Source: Leptolinea sp. (lineage in GTDB: Bacteria; Chloroflexota; Anaerolineae; Anaerolineales; Anaerolineaceae). Taken from it: 40,522 nucleotides of DNA. Position 1 is the first letter of the stretch. Each line of letters opens with the position of its first letter. The stretch covers positions 1 through 40,522 of the forward strand of contig JBAWYZ010000001.1 in the NCBI GenBank assembly GCA_037143255.1. Reading direction: 5' to 3'. The notes below the pieces were generated by a model. That model was not told where the DNA came from. It searched no databases and saw nothing but the letters and a program-made list of their open reading frames with translations. Shown here piece after piece: positions 8,841 through 17,452 of this stretch. The position numbers and the translations under genes are program-made.

Positions 8841-10349
8841 ATGAAGACTCTCGTTTTGCAATTGGACCGGACGGAAGATGTCGGCTCTATTCGCGATAAG
8901 GTCACCTGGGGGAAGGCTAGCCGGGTTTTGTTGGTTTGGCCGGTGAATTTTAGCATGTTGGATCGAAAAATCGATCTGGTGACCGTCAAGCGGATTTGCA
9001 CTGCGCAGGGCTCGCGCCTTGGAATTGTAAGCGATATCCCCGAGATTATCGCGGAAGCGGAAGAATTGCAGATTCCCGTGTTTGATTCCGTCAACCGTGC
9101 AATGCGCAAGGCATGGGATCGGCGGAAGGGGCGAAATGCACGGGGACGTTCAGCGTTACGCGAAGCCGGGAGCATGGATATTGAAAAACTGCGCATAGGT
9201 AAATATTCAATATCAGAGTTCTGGAATATCAATGAAAATATGAGACTACCTGTTTTTCTTCTGGCGGTCATGGCGGTTTTTGCGATCCTGATATTTTTAT
9301 TCCCATCGGCGAAGGTCATCGTTTTCCCTCAGGGCCGCTCATCTGAAATGCAGATTGAATTTCGGGTCCTTGAAGGGCAGGGGTCTGATTCAATACCGGG
9401 TGTTTTAGCAGCAACGAAAAAAACATTGAAGATGGATGGTGAGACAACAGTTCCAACTTCTGGATCAATACAGGCGCCTGATCTTAAAGCGATCGGTGCT
9501 GTGACAATATCCAATCTAACACCCTCAGATGTAATTATTCCTGCTGGGACGCTTATTCAAAAACCATCCAATCCGCCTGTCCGCTATCAAATCCTGGAGT
9601 CAGTTACCCTTCCTGCGAATGAGATTACGATTGGAATTGGAATTGAAGCAATCGAGCCTGGCGAAAAAGGGAATACAGATAGCAACACCATCACCCGCCT
9701 GGATGGTCCGCTGGGCTTATTGGTTGAGGTTTCAAATCCTGGTTCAGTTTCAGGCGGATCGGGAAAAACCTATCAGGCTGTCTTAAAAGAAGATATTCTT
9801 TTGGCTGCTGAAAAAAACCAGAGTACCCTTAAAACACAAGCCGAAGCGGAGTTTACAAAAAGCCTATCAGATCAGGAAATTATTCTGCCTTCTTCTATCC
9901 AAGTCGTAAAAGTTGTTGAACAGACTGAACATCCTGGAGTCGGGCAGGTGGGAGTCTTACTAAAATTGAAGCAAACGGTTGAATACTCAGTATTGGTGAT
10001 CAACCAACCGGACATGGAAAAGCAGGCTGAAACAATTCTTAACGCCAATCAACCAACAAAAGGTTGGGTCAGTTCAAGGGATGGTCCAGTTGAGATAAAA
10101 ATACTATCTCAGGAATTTGCTGCGAAAACAGGATCGGTGATTTTGCAAGTCACTATCTCTAAGATATTTGCCCCGCTTTTAGATACCAGTACAATTCGCA
10201 GTCAGATCGCCGGAAAAAGCAAAGTTGTGGCATTGGAAATCCTCGGCAGTTCTGCAATAAATATTAACCCGCCGGAAATTCAAACCACCCCGGGTTGGCT
10301 GCCGTTTCTTCCTTTGCTTTCCTCCCGAGTTGAAATAGAGGTTCGTTAA
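8841..10349 (+). CDS. Single-pass membrane protein with baseplate J/gp47-like domain
   Basis: ~135-aa N-terminal domain, TM helix LPVFLLAVMAVFAILIFLF, then baseplate-J-type motifs KAIGAVTISN...IIPAGT, IEAIEPGEKGN and VSNPGSVSGG. Stop overlaps the ruvX ATG (TAATG). Confidence 0.65.
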   Translation: MKTLVLQLDRTEDVGSIRDKVTWGKASRVLLVWPVNFSMLDRKIDLVTVKRICTAQGSRLGIVSDIPEIIAEAEELQIPVFDSVNRAMRKAWDRRKGRNARGRSALREAGSMDIEKLRIGKYSISEFWNINENMRLPVFLLAVMAVFAILIFLFPSAKVIVFPQGRSSEMQIEFRVLEGQGSDSIPGVLAATKKTLKMDGETTVPTSGSIQAPDLKAIGAVTISNLTPSDVIIPAGTLIQKPSNPPVRYQILESVTLPANEITIGIGIEAIEPGEKGNTDSNTITRLDGPLGLLVEVSNPGSVSGGSGKTYQAVLKEDILLAAEKNQSTLKTQAEAEFTKSLSDQEIILPSSIQVVKVVEQTEHPGVGQVGVLLKLKQTVEYSVLVINQPDMEKQAETILNANQPTKGWVSSRDGPVEIKILSQEFAAKTGSVILQVTISKIFAPLLDTSTIRSQIAGKSKVVALEILGSSAININPPEIQTTPGWLPFLPLLSSRVEIEVR

Positions 10350-10783
10350 TGCGGGTTTTTCTGTGCCTTGATTTAGGAGAGAAGCGGATTGGTGTAGCTA
10401 TCGGAAGCCTGGATGCCCGCCTCGCAGCGCCGCTGCTCGTTTTTGAGCATTTATCGCGCAAGTCGGATATAGAAAAAGTTCAACAGATGATGGCAGCACA
10501 TGCGGCGACTGATATTTTGATCGGTATCAGCCGTCAAGAAGATGGATCGCCCAATTCGATGGGGCGGCACTCCTTGAGTTTTGGAGGGGATCTGGAAAAA
10601 GCAACTGGTATATGTGTAGTGTATTGGGATGAAGCGCTTTCCACCCGGGATGCCAGAGCGCTGCGGTTGGAAACTGGAACTTCAAGGAAGAACCGGCGGG
10701 GTCACCAGGATTCTTTTGCTGCCGCGCTTATTCTGCAATCTTATTTTGACAGTTTCGCACAAAACGATGCGCCTCTTTCATGA
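10349..10783 (+). CDS. ruvX: YqgF/RuvX RNase H-fold nuclease (pre-16S rRNA maturation / Holliday junction resolvase-like)
   Basis: LDLGEKRIGVA, WDEALST, DSFAAALILQSY. Confidence 0.92.
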   Translation: MRVFLCLDLGEKRIGVAIGSLDARLAAPLLVFEHLSRKSDIEKVQQMMAAHAATDILIGISRQEDGSPNSMGRHSLSFGGDLEKATGICVVYWDEALSTRDARALRLETGTSRKNRRGHQDSFAAALILQSYFDSFAQNDAPLS

Positions 10784-11922
10784 AAAATCTTCTAAATTCA
10801 GTAGCCTCCAGAAAAACCATCCTGTTCTTAGCGACCATTTTATTGGTGTGTCTGCTACTGATAATTTTCATCAGTTCAAAAATGATCCATGCGGAGAATG
10901 TTCGTCTGATTGGTGAACCGCATCATGATCTCACCACATTTCAAATGCTCTCATCAGAGGCAACCTTTTTTCTGAACCGAAATAGCTTGCAACAAAAAAA
11001 CGAGATGGCGTTTGAGACCATTTTAGATGTGCAAGCCGGGAAACCGTTGGATGAAATTTTGGTAGAACTTCAGGCTAATGGAACTGTTTCTGATTTGGCT
11101 CTGCTTCGGAAGGTGCTGATATTTACTGGCACAGACCGGAAAATACTGCCGGGAAAATACCCAATTCCAGGCAGAAGCAACATACTCGAAATCGCATTCA
11201 TTTTGCAGGATGCAAATGCCAGCCTGATTGATTTTACTGTTTTACCAGGCTGGCGAAAGGAAGAAATCGCCGCCGTCCTGCCAACCTCCGGCCTTTCGAT
11301 AACCCCGCAAGACTTTTTGAGCATAGTCAACCAGCCAATGACGGACGAGGGATTGCGGTCGTTGGGTGTCACAGAATATGAGGGATTCTTTTCTCCCGGG
11401 TTGTATGCTTTCCGCCGAAATATTAATACCGCCGATTTTGTAAAATCATTGACTAATAGGTTTCAAAGCGAGTTATCAGAAGAAATCAAAGCTGGATTCA
11501 CCAATCATGGGTTATCGATATCTCAGGCCGTTGTACTGGCATCCATAATTCAACGGGAAGCCATGAAAGACGAAGAAAAGCCCATTATTGCTTCTGTATT
11601 TATCAACCGGTTAAATATCGGCATGCCTTTACAGAGTGATCCGACTGTACAGTACGCGTTGGGGTTCAACTCTGAATGGGGCTGGTGGAAAAGCCCGTTA
11701 AGCCTGGATGACTTGCAGGTAGATTCGACCTATAATACATATATTATTGCAGGGTTGCCTCCGGCTGCAATTTCCAATCCGGATATGGCTTCGTTAAGCG
11801 CTGTGGCATTCCCGGCAGAAACCAGTTTTTTCTATTTCCGGGCGTTGTGTGATGGATCAAAATTGCATGTATTCTCGGAAACACTTGAAGAACATATTAA
11901 CAATGCATGTCCCGAAACTTAA
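10780..11922 (+). CDS. mltG: Endolytic peptidoglycan transglycosylase MltG (YceG family)
   Basis: N-terminal TM helix; YEGFFSPGLY, ASIIQRE (catalytic Glu), IASVFINRL, LQSDPTVQY, YNTY..GLPP..ISNP. Confidence 0.92.
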   Translation: MKNLLNSVASRKTILFLATILLVCLLLIIFISSKMIHAENVRLIGEPHHDLTTFQMLSSEATFFLNRNSLQQKNEMAFETILDVQAGKPLDEILVELQANGTVSDLALLRKVLIFTGTDRKILPGKYPIPGRSNILEIAFILQDANASLIDFTVLPGWRKEEIAAVLPTSGLSITPQDFLSIVNQPMTDEGLRSLGVTEYEGFFSPGLYAFRRNINTADFVKSLTNRFQSELSEEIKAGFTNHGLSISQAVVLASIIQREAMKDEEKPIIASVFINRLNIGMPLQSDPTVQYALGFNSEWGWWKSPLSLDDLQVDSTYNTYIIAGLPPAAISNPDMASLSAVAFPAETSFFYFRALCDGSKLHVFSETLEEHINNACPET

Positions 11923-11946
11923 TTCAAAATCATGTATGGAGGAAAA

Positions 11947-12705
11947 ATGGATGTATTAGGTCTGGATATTGGCGGTTCCGGTATCAAAGGAGCATTAATA
12001 AATGTGCAAACCGGAGAACTATCCTCTGAAAGGTTTCGGTTGCCAACACCTGAAGAAGCTTGGCCGGATGATGTTGCCGATGTAGTCAATCGGGTTGTCA
12101 AGCATTTTTCCTATACGGGGGTTCTGGGCGCCGGTTTTCCAGCAGTGGTGCATCACGGGGTGGCATATTCCGCCGCAAATGTTCATGAGAGTTGGATTGG
12201 GACGGATGTCAGTGGATTACTTTATAAAGTAACGGGCTGTAAATCCTATGTACTGAACGATGCTGATGCGGCAGGCATGGCGGAGATGGAATTTGGCGCC
12301 GGACGCGGCCATAAAAACGGCACTGTGATTTTATTGACTCTTGGGACGGGGATCGGCTCTGCGGTGTTTGTGGATGGTCACTTGTATCCAAATACCGAAT
12401 TTGGGCATATAGAAATTCGCGGGAAAGATGCAGAACGGCGGGCATCGGATGCTGTTCGCGACCGCAAGAAACTTACCTGGGAAGAATGGGCGGTACGTTT
12501 CCAGGAGGTGCTAAGCACCTATGAAAAGCTTTTCTCTCCGGATCTTTTTATTTTAGGCGGTGGTGCCAGTAAATCTTACAGCGAATTCCACCAGTTCTTA
12601 GATGTGCGCGCTGAACTAAAAGCAGCCGAATTGTTGAATCAAGCTGGTCTGGTGGGCGCTGCTGTATATGCCGAAAGTCAGGATAGGTTGAGCAAGTCAA
12701 TGTAA
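11947..12705 (+). CDS. ppgK: Polyphosphate glucokinase (ROK family)
   Basis: GLDIGGSGIKGA, NDADAAGMAE, LTLGTGIGSA, PNTEFGH. GGAGG RBS precedes the ATG at 11947. Confidence 0.88.
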   Translation: MDVLGLDIGGSGIKGALINVQTGELSSERFRLPTPEEAWPDDVADVVNRVVKHFSYTGVLGAGFPAVVHHGVAYSAANVHESWIGTDVSGLLYKVTGCKSYVLNDADAAGMAEMEFGAGRGHKNGTVILLTLGTGIGSAVFVDGHLYPNTEFGHIEIRGKDAERRASDAVRDRKKLTWEEWAVRFQEVLSTYEKLFSPDLFILGGGASKSYSEFHQFLDVRAELKAAELLNQAGLVGAAVYAESQDRLSKSM

Positions 12706-12733
12706 ATTGTCAAAAATCGACAAATTGAGTTGC

Positions 12734-14176
12734 TTATTCTGGCTGTAATCCACCTCTGGTCATGGCTTCAACTGCCTTGAGGGCTTTTTGAATTTCTGCA
12801 AAAGTAACTGGTGAACCATCCAGCTTTTTCAATGATCCGTTGGAGATTTGTTCTTTGGCGACTTCCAGTATCGTTCGGTTTGTTTTTAAGGCTGCTTGTG
12901 CCAGGCGAGCCCCGGCTTGGTAACCAATCTTTGGATTCAGGGTGGTTATCAGAATGGTGTTACGTTCCAGCCAATATTGACATTTATCCGGGTTGGCGGA
13001 AATACCTTTAACACAACGTTCTGAAAAACTATTGACGGCGTTAATCAGAATGTGCATCATTTCAAACACGTTGTAGGCAATTATCGGTAACATCACATTT
13101 AATTCAAGTTGACCGGCTGCGGCGGCGGCCGCTACGGCTGAATCCATGCTGATGACCTGAATCATGGTCATGTTCAGCATTTCGGCCATCACCGGGTTGA
13201 CTTTGCCGGGCATAATGCTGGAACCGGGCTGGACTGCGGGCAGGCGAATTTCATCTAATCCGCTAGACGGACCGGAGGAAAGCAGCCGAAAGTCATTGGC
13301 AATGCGGCTGAGTGTCAGGGCAGTGTTACGCATTGCGCTGGAAAAATCTGCAAAATCAGCCTCCGATTGCATGACTTCGAAAAGGTCATTAGCCAGAAAT
13401 ACATTGAAACCGGTAAATTCCTTAATAACAACTGTCATGCGGTTGGCATAGTCAGAATGCGCATTCAGACCGGTTCCTGCAGCAGTGCCCCCGATTCCCA
13501 ATCGATGTAAGCCTTGCGTAGAGCGAATAATGCGTTGGCGATCTCTATCTACGGCTGTGGCATAGGCGCCAAATTCTTGTCCCAGGCGGATTGGGACGGC
13601 ATCCTGCAGATGCGTCCGCCCGGATTTGATGATGGCATCAAACTCAACTGATTTATTTGCCAGATTAGAGGCAAGACCGGACAAGGCAGAATCCAGTTCA
13701 TCAAGCCTCCAAAGACATCCCAGGCGGATGGCGGTGGGGATGACATCATTGGTGGATTGTGCCATATTGACGTGATCATTGGGGTGGATTTTTGTAGGGC
13801 AGCCAATTTCAGCAAGGAGACTGCTTGCCCGATTAGCCAGAACTTCATTCATGTTCATATGATGGCTGGTTCCGGCGCCGGCCTGATAGGGATCAACAAC
13901 AAACTGATCAACCCATTGACCGTCCATCACCTCCTGAGCAGCCTGCTGGATGACATCAGCAATATCACGCGGCAACAGTCCCAATTCGGAATTGACGCGA
14001 GCTGCGGTTTTTTTGATGACCGCCAAAGACCAGATAAATGCCGGACGGGGAAGCAGCCCGCTAATCTGGAAGTTTTCTACAGCCCGCTGGGTTTGCGCGC
14101 CATACATGGCGCTTACAGGAACCTGTACTTCGCCTAATGAGTCTTTTTCGATACGGTATAGTTCTTTGCTTATCAT
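12734..14176 (-). CDS. aspA: Aspartate ammonia-lyase (fumarase/aspartase superfamily; class II fumarase not excluded)
   Basis: GRTHLQDA, signature GSSIMPGKVNP, HPNDHVN. VDPYQAGAGTS resembles AspA more than FumC (WQTGSGT). Confidence 0.72.
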   Translation of the reverse strand: MISKELYRIEKDSLGEVQVPVSAMYGAQTQRAVENFQISGLLPRPAFIWSLAVIKKTAARVNSELGLLPRDIADVIQQAAQEVMDGQWVDQFVVDPYQAGAGTSHHMNMNEVLANRASSLLAEIGCPTKIHPNDHVNMAQSTNDVIPTAIRLGCLWRLDELDSALSGLASNLANKSVEFDAIIKSGRTHLQDAVPIRLGQEFGAYATAVDRDRQRIIRSTQGLHRLGIGGTAAGTGLNAHSDYANRMTVVIKEFTGFNVFLANDLFEVMQSEADFADFSSAMRNTALTLSRIANDFRLLSSGPSSGLDEIRLPAVQPGSSIMPGKVNPVMAEMLNMTMIQVISMDSAVAAAAAAGQLELNVMLPIIAYNVFEMMHILINAVNSFSERCVKGISANPDKCQYWLERNTILITTLNPKIGYQAGARLAQAALKTNRTILEVAKEQISNGSLKKLDGSPVTFAEIQKALKAVEAMTRGGLQPE

Positions 14177-14194
14177 AGTAAGGAATTATATAAG

Positions 14195-14226
14195 AAAATC
14201 CCGGCATAAAGGCACCGGGAATTTTT
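14195..14226 (-). terminator. Intrinsic terminator after the ferredoxin gene
   Basis: TCCCGG/CCGGGA stem flanked by A and T runs. Confidence 0.55.
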
Positions 14227-14259
14227 GATATTTAAGCAATTTGTGATCGATTTTCGGAA

Positions 14260-14670
14260 CTAACCAGCAGCTTGATATCCTGGTCCATCTTTGAAGAAAG
14301 CTGCGTTGGCTTTTATTGCCGGGGTAAGGTCAATGGTTTCGCCGGCGGCCAGTTTGTGGGTAGATTCCAGGTGGACGGATTCCCCTTCATGATTCTTGCC
14401 AGCAAAGACCTCTGTATAACCCGCGGTGCCTTTGGGCATGGAAATTGATTCGCCGCCTTTTGCTTTATACGCAGATGGCACTTCATCTTCGGGGAAAATT
14501 GCTGAGAAGGGGCATTCTGGTACGCAAGCGCCGCAATCAATGCAGGTATCCGGGTCAATATAGAACCACGGATTTTGATCAGTGGGTTTGCCGGGCACAA
14601 TACATTCAACCGGGCAAACAGTTGCACAACTTGCGTCTCGCATACATAAAGCTGTAATTACATGAGCCAT
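14260..14670 (-). CDS. Dicluster (7Fe-type) ferredoxin with a C-terminal insertion
   Basis: CMRDASCATVCPVECI and YIDPDTCIDCGACVPECP. GGAGG RBS before the ATG at 14670. Confidence 0.88.
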   Translation of the reverse strand: MAHVITALCMRDASCATVCPVECIVPGKPTDQNPWFYIDPDTCIDCGACVPECPFSAIFPEDEVPSAYKAKGGESISMPKGTAGYTEVFAGKNHEGESVHLESTHKLAAGETIDLTPAIKANAAFFKDGPGYQAAG

Positions 14671-14698
14671 GGGTCCTCCGTTTAAATTGATCTGAATT

Positions 14699-15298
14699 TT
14701 ATTGGAAACGTTTTTCCACAATATCCCAGTCTACCACATTCCAGAATGCCGAAAGATAGTCAGCTCGGCGGTTCTGGTAGTTCAGGTAATAGGCATGTTC
14801 CCAAACATCAACGGTGAACAAAGGTTTTAACCCTTCTGCCAAAGGTGTGTCCTGGTTGGGGGTGGATGTGATAATCAAAGATCCATCTTTTTTCTGGCAA
14901 AGCCAGGCAAAACCGCTGCCAAACCGACCAAGGCCGGCTTTTTCCATATCTTGTTTGAAAGTGTCAAAACCGCCAAAAGTTTTATTGATGGCTTCAGCCA
15001 GTTTGCCTTTGGGTGCGCCGCCTTTTGCGCCCATAGCTTCAAAATAGAAATTATGGTTATAAACACCCCCGCCATTATTGCGTACGGCTGTCCGAATATC
15101 TTCCGGCACCTTATCCAGGTCTGATAAAAGATTTTCCAGCGTTTTTTCGAATAATTCGGGGTATTTTTCGACTGTGGTGTTTAAGTTTTTCAAATAAGTT
15201 GCATGGTGCTTGGTATAATGGATTTCCATCGTTTTGGCATCAACATGCGGTTCAAGAGCATCAAAAGCATAGCTTAGTTTGATTTGTTCAAATGGCAT
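14699..15298 (-). CDS. sodA: Mn/Fe superoxide dismutase (Mn-type signature)
   Basis: [34 protein letters not shown] 7 nt before the ATG at 15298. Confidence 0.93.
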   Translation of the reverse strand: MPFEQIKLSYAFDALEPHVDAKTMEIHYTKHHATYLKNLNTTVEKYPELFEKTLENLLSDLDKVPEDIRTAVRNNGGGVYNHNFYFEAMGAKGGAPKGKLAEAINKTFGGFDTFKQDMEKAGLGRFGSGFAWLCQKKDGSLIITSTPNQDTPLAEGLKPLFTVDVWEHAYYLNYQNRRADYLSAFWNVVDWDIVEKRFQ

Positions 15299-15380
15299 AA
15301 TCATTCTCCTCAGGTTTGCCCTGTGTCAACAGAATTTATCGGGTGCCATCTAATTTGAGAAAACCACCCGACTACATAAA

Positions 15381-15409
15381 ATTTTAGCAATCGGATTCCA
15401 TATTGTCAA
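15381..15409 (-). promoter_or_regulatory. Near-consensus sigma70 promoter for sod-ferredoxin
   Basis: TTGACA (15409-15404), 17 nt spacer, TAAAAT (15386-15381) with TGn extension. Confidence 0.65.
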
Positions 15410-16359
15410 GCAAAGTAGACCTCAAAAATCAACCAATTCGTATAACGTGGTACCAATCTGCGGTGTTTATATTAACCATTGGCATTATGGCTGTCTCTTC
15501 CGCCTCTTTGTTTATCCGGTATGCTCAACAGGAAATGCCGTCATTAGTTGTGGCGGCTTTACGGCTGGGGTTTGCTTCCATTCTAATGACCCCGTGGGTT
15601 CTGAAAAAACATCCCCTCGATCTTAGTAAAATTAATCAATCTGAATGGATAAAGATAATCGGTGCAGGCTTTATTCTGGCTGTTCATTTTGCAACATGGA
15701 TTTCTTCTTTTGAATACACCAGTGTAGCAAGTTCTGTTGTAATGGTAACGACAACACCCATTTGGGTAGCATTATTTTCCCCCATTTTCCTAAAAGAGAA
15801 CCCAGGCAAGATGACAATTATTGGTCTGGCTGTCGCTATTATTGGAGGGGTAGTTGTCAGCCTTTCCAATGAGTGCTCCTTTACCGTAGGGGGCGTAACC
15901 TGTGCATTCATCCGTGGAGATACTCCCCCCACAGCCTTATTGGGGAATGGGCTGGCTTTGATAGGGGCGATTTGTGGGGCAATCTATATGATCATTGGCC
16001 GTGTATTAAGGAAATCAGTCGATCTGACAGTCTATGTGTACTGCATATTTTCCTGCGCAGCGATTTTTCTTGTCCTATTTGCATTTCTAGCTGGAAAAGC
16101 TTTTTATCCCTATCCATTGGCGGCATATGCATTTTGCCTGGCTCTGGCAATATTCCCGCAGATTGTGGGGCATACCAGTCTTAACTGGGCGCTGGCTTAT
16201 CTTCCAGTCGGATTTGTGGCTATAGTATTACTCGGTGAACCGGTCGGTTCTACCATACTGGCAGCCATTTTTCTCAAAGAAATTCCATCCGTCGTTGAAA
16301 TAATTGGCGGGGTGACAATTCTATTTGGAATTTTCCTTGCTTCACAAAAACGAGAATAG
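15403..16359 (+). CDS. DMT/EamA-family transporter
   Basis: About 10 hydrophobic helices in two repeats; LAVHFATWISS, GNGLALIGA, GHTSLNWAL, LGEPVGS. TTG start is uncertain. Confidence 0.9.
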   Translation: MSSKVDLKNQPIRITWYQSAVFILTIGIMAVSSASLFIRYAQQEMPSLVVAALRLGFASILMTPWVLKKHPLDLSKINQSEWIKIIGAGFILAVHFATWISSFEYTSVASSVVMVTTTPIWVALFSPIFLKENPGKMTIIGLAVAIIGGVVVSLSNECSFTVGGVTCAFIRGDTPPTALLGNGLALIGAICGAIYMIIGRVLRKSVDLTVYVYCIFSCAAIFLVLFAFLAGKAFYPYPLAAYAFCLALAIFPQIVGHTSLNWALAYLPVGFVAIVLLGEPVGSTILAAIFLKEIPSVVEIIGGVTILFGIFLASQKRE

Positions 16360-16435
16360 TTATTTCTTCTTTTTTTTGACTTCGGGTAACCGATTATGCA
16401 ACTCGTTGATTACATGAATCCGGTTAATCAATTCA
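16284..16435 (+). repeat. Left copy of ~150-bp direct repeat (EamA 3' end plus diverged malQ 3' end)
   Basis: 16284-16374 is identical to 17301-17391 (91 bp). 16375-16435 matches 17392-17452 with 12 mismatches in 61 nt. Confidence 0.95.
16360..16434 (-). pseudogene. Orphan diverged copy of the last 24 codons and stop of malQ
   Basis: Translates ELINRIHVINELHNRLPEVKKKKK* versus malQ ELINRIHEINWLYNRLPEIKKKKK*. Confidence 0.85.
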
Positions 16436-16574
16436 CATAACTTGCTCACTTTCCTCGTTTATCTGCATTTATAGGTACAAAAATATGTTTTATTAGGTAT
16501 GTCCTCAGAGAATTGGTTTACTTAATATGTGAAGCCGATGCCAAGTCGCCAGGGCGGCGGCAGGTCGTCGATCC

Positions 16575-16820
16575 CTACTCGATTCCGGCTGGCAAATAGG
16601 CGGTCACTTCCACTTGCCTGCGACTCCGCCTGGCTTCATTGACCGTTTTTTCGAGATGTTCGGCAATTTCATCATCAATCCAATCCGCGCCACATTGTTC
16701 ACAAACGAGCGCTGGCACATTTCGCACAACTACCACCCCGAAACCGAGATCGGCAGTAAAGGTAGTTACACCCCTGACTTCTGTCCCGCCGCATATTGGG
16801 CAAATAAAGTTCGTTTTCAT
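16575..16820 (-). CDS. YgiT-type zinc-finger protein (MqsA N-terminal-like), putative antitoxin
   Basis: CPICGG...VVVRNVPALVCEQCG; 81 aa; 4-nt overlap with the upstream DUF4258-like gene. Confidence 0.85.
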   Translation of the reverse strand: MKTNFICPICGGTEVRGVTTFTADLGFGVVVVRNVPALVCEQCGADWIDDEIAEHLEKTVNEARRSRRQVEVTAYLPAGIE

Positions 16821-17140
16821 GGTTTTCTCCGTGTTCTGAAATCCGACTCGAATACCTCTAAAGTGGGTTCATAAACTGTGATGACCGCAGCCTGAACATC
16901 AACTCCGATGGATATAACCACATGCACAGGGCACTGCTGTTCCCATCCTAGCATTAATGCACTTGGAACGGGACGGTCGGCAGAATAATCTTCAATGACT
17001 TCACCATGTAATACAACTTGCAAGACTATCTCGCGGCTAAATTCGCGTTCCAACATTCGCTCAAGCGCATGTCTGCGCCAGAGGATGTTTTTTTGGCGCA
17101 CTGCTAGACGAGCTAAGTCAAGATCAAAAGATTTGCTCAC
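16817..17140 (-). CDS. DUF4258-family putative toxin (RelE-like RNase)
   Basis: HALERMLER, GEVIEDY, PVHVV, VITVYEP, FRTRR; typical partner of YgiT fingers; GTG start. Confidence 0.82.
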   Translation of the reverse strand: MSKSFDLDLARLAVRQKNILWRRHALERMLEREFSREIVLQVVLHGEVIEDYSADRPVPSALMLGWEQQCPVHVVISIGVDVQAAVITVYEPTLEVFESDFRTRRKP

Positions 17141-17146
17141 AGATTA

Positions 17147-17175
17147 ATTTTACCAGACCTGCAAACACTTTCCAA
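17147..17175 (-). promoter_or_regulatory. Promoter of the TA operon, positioned for a leaderless mRNA
   Basis: TTGGAA (17175-17170), 17 nt, TAAAAT (17152-17147) with TGn extension, then 6 nt, then the GTG start; no Shine-Dalgarno sequence. Confidence 0.6.
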
Positions 17176-17300
17176 AATCAACAAAACAAGAAAGAACGAT
17201 TGTCTGGCAAATTTCTTGGTTAAAATCCAAAAAACAGGACGGATGAGGCAAGTAGCCAGCATAAGCAACGAAAGTGGAAAGGAATTTGGTTTTTAGAAAA

Positions 17301-17452
17301 TCCATCCGTCGTTGAAATAATTGGCGGGGTGACAATTCTATTTGGAATTTTCCTTGCTTCACAAAAACGAGAATAGTTATTTCTTCTTTTTCTTGATCTC
17401 GGGCAGCCGATTATACAACCAGTTGATCTCATGAATCCGATTAATCAGTTCA
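17301..17452 (+). repeat. Right copy of ~150-bp direct repeat (orphan EamA 3' end plus true malQ 3' end)
   Basis: Offset 1017 nt from the left copy; 17301-17376 repeats the last 76 nt of EamA including TAG. Confidence 0.95.

Larger units (their letters stand above)
16436..17300. mobile_element. Small toxin-antitoxin islet inserted between direct repeats (no recombinase gene)
   Basis: Unique DNA bounded by duplications of the convergent EamA/malQ junction; carries only a TA pair. Confidence 0.7.

Noticed and set aside
8741-9319. 192-aa antisense ORF and the many other short shadow ORFs
   Set aside because: They lie opposite or out of frame within well-supported genes and have no motifs of their own.
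8841-10349. Prophage, tailocin or eCIS locus
   Set aside because: No other tail, capsid or lysis genes; the protein has a TM anchor and sits among housekeeping genes.
15311-15380. yybP-ykoY manganese riboswitch upstream of sod
   Set aside because: Only fragments resemble it (GUAG, GGCAAACC); the GGGGAGUA and GAGACC core is missing. An Rfam scan would settle it.
16360-16435. DGR template/variable repeat pair with the malQ 3' end
   Set aside because: Mismatches are not adenine-specific on either strand, half are synonymous, and no reverse transcriptase is present.
17150-17432. ORFs 17150-17362 and 17220-17432 as extra islet genes
   Set aside because: They run antisense through the duplicated EamA tail and the promoter region, with no RBS or recognisable motifs.
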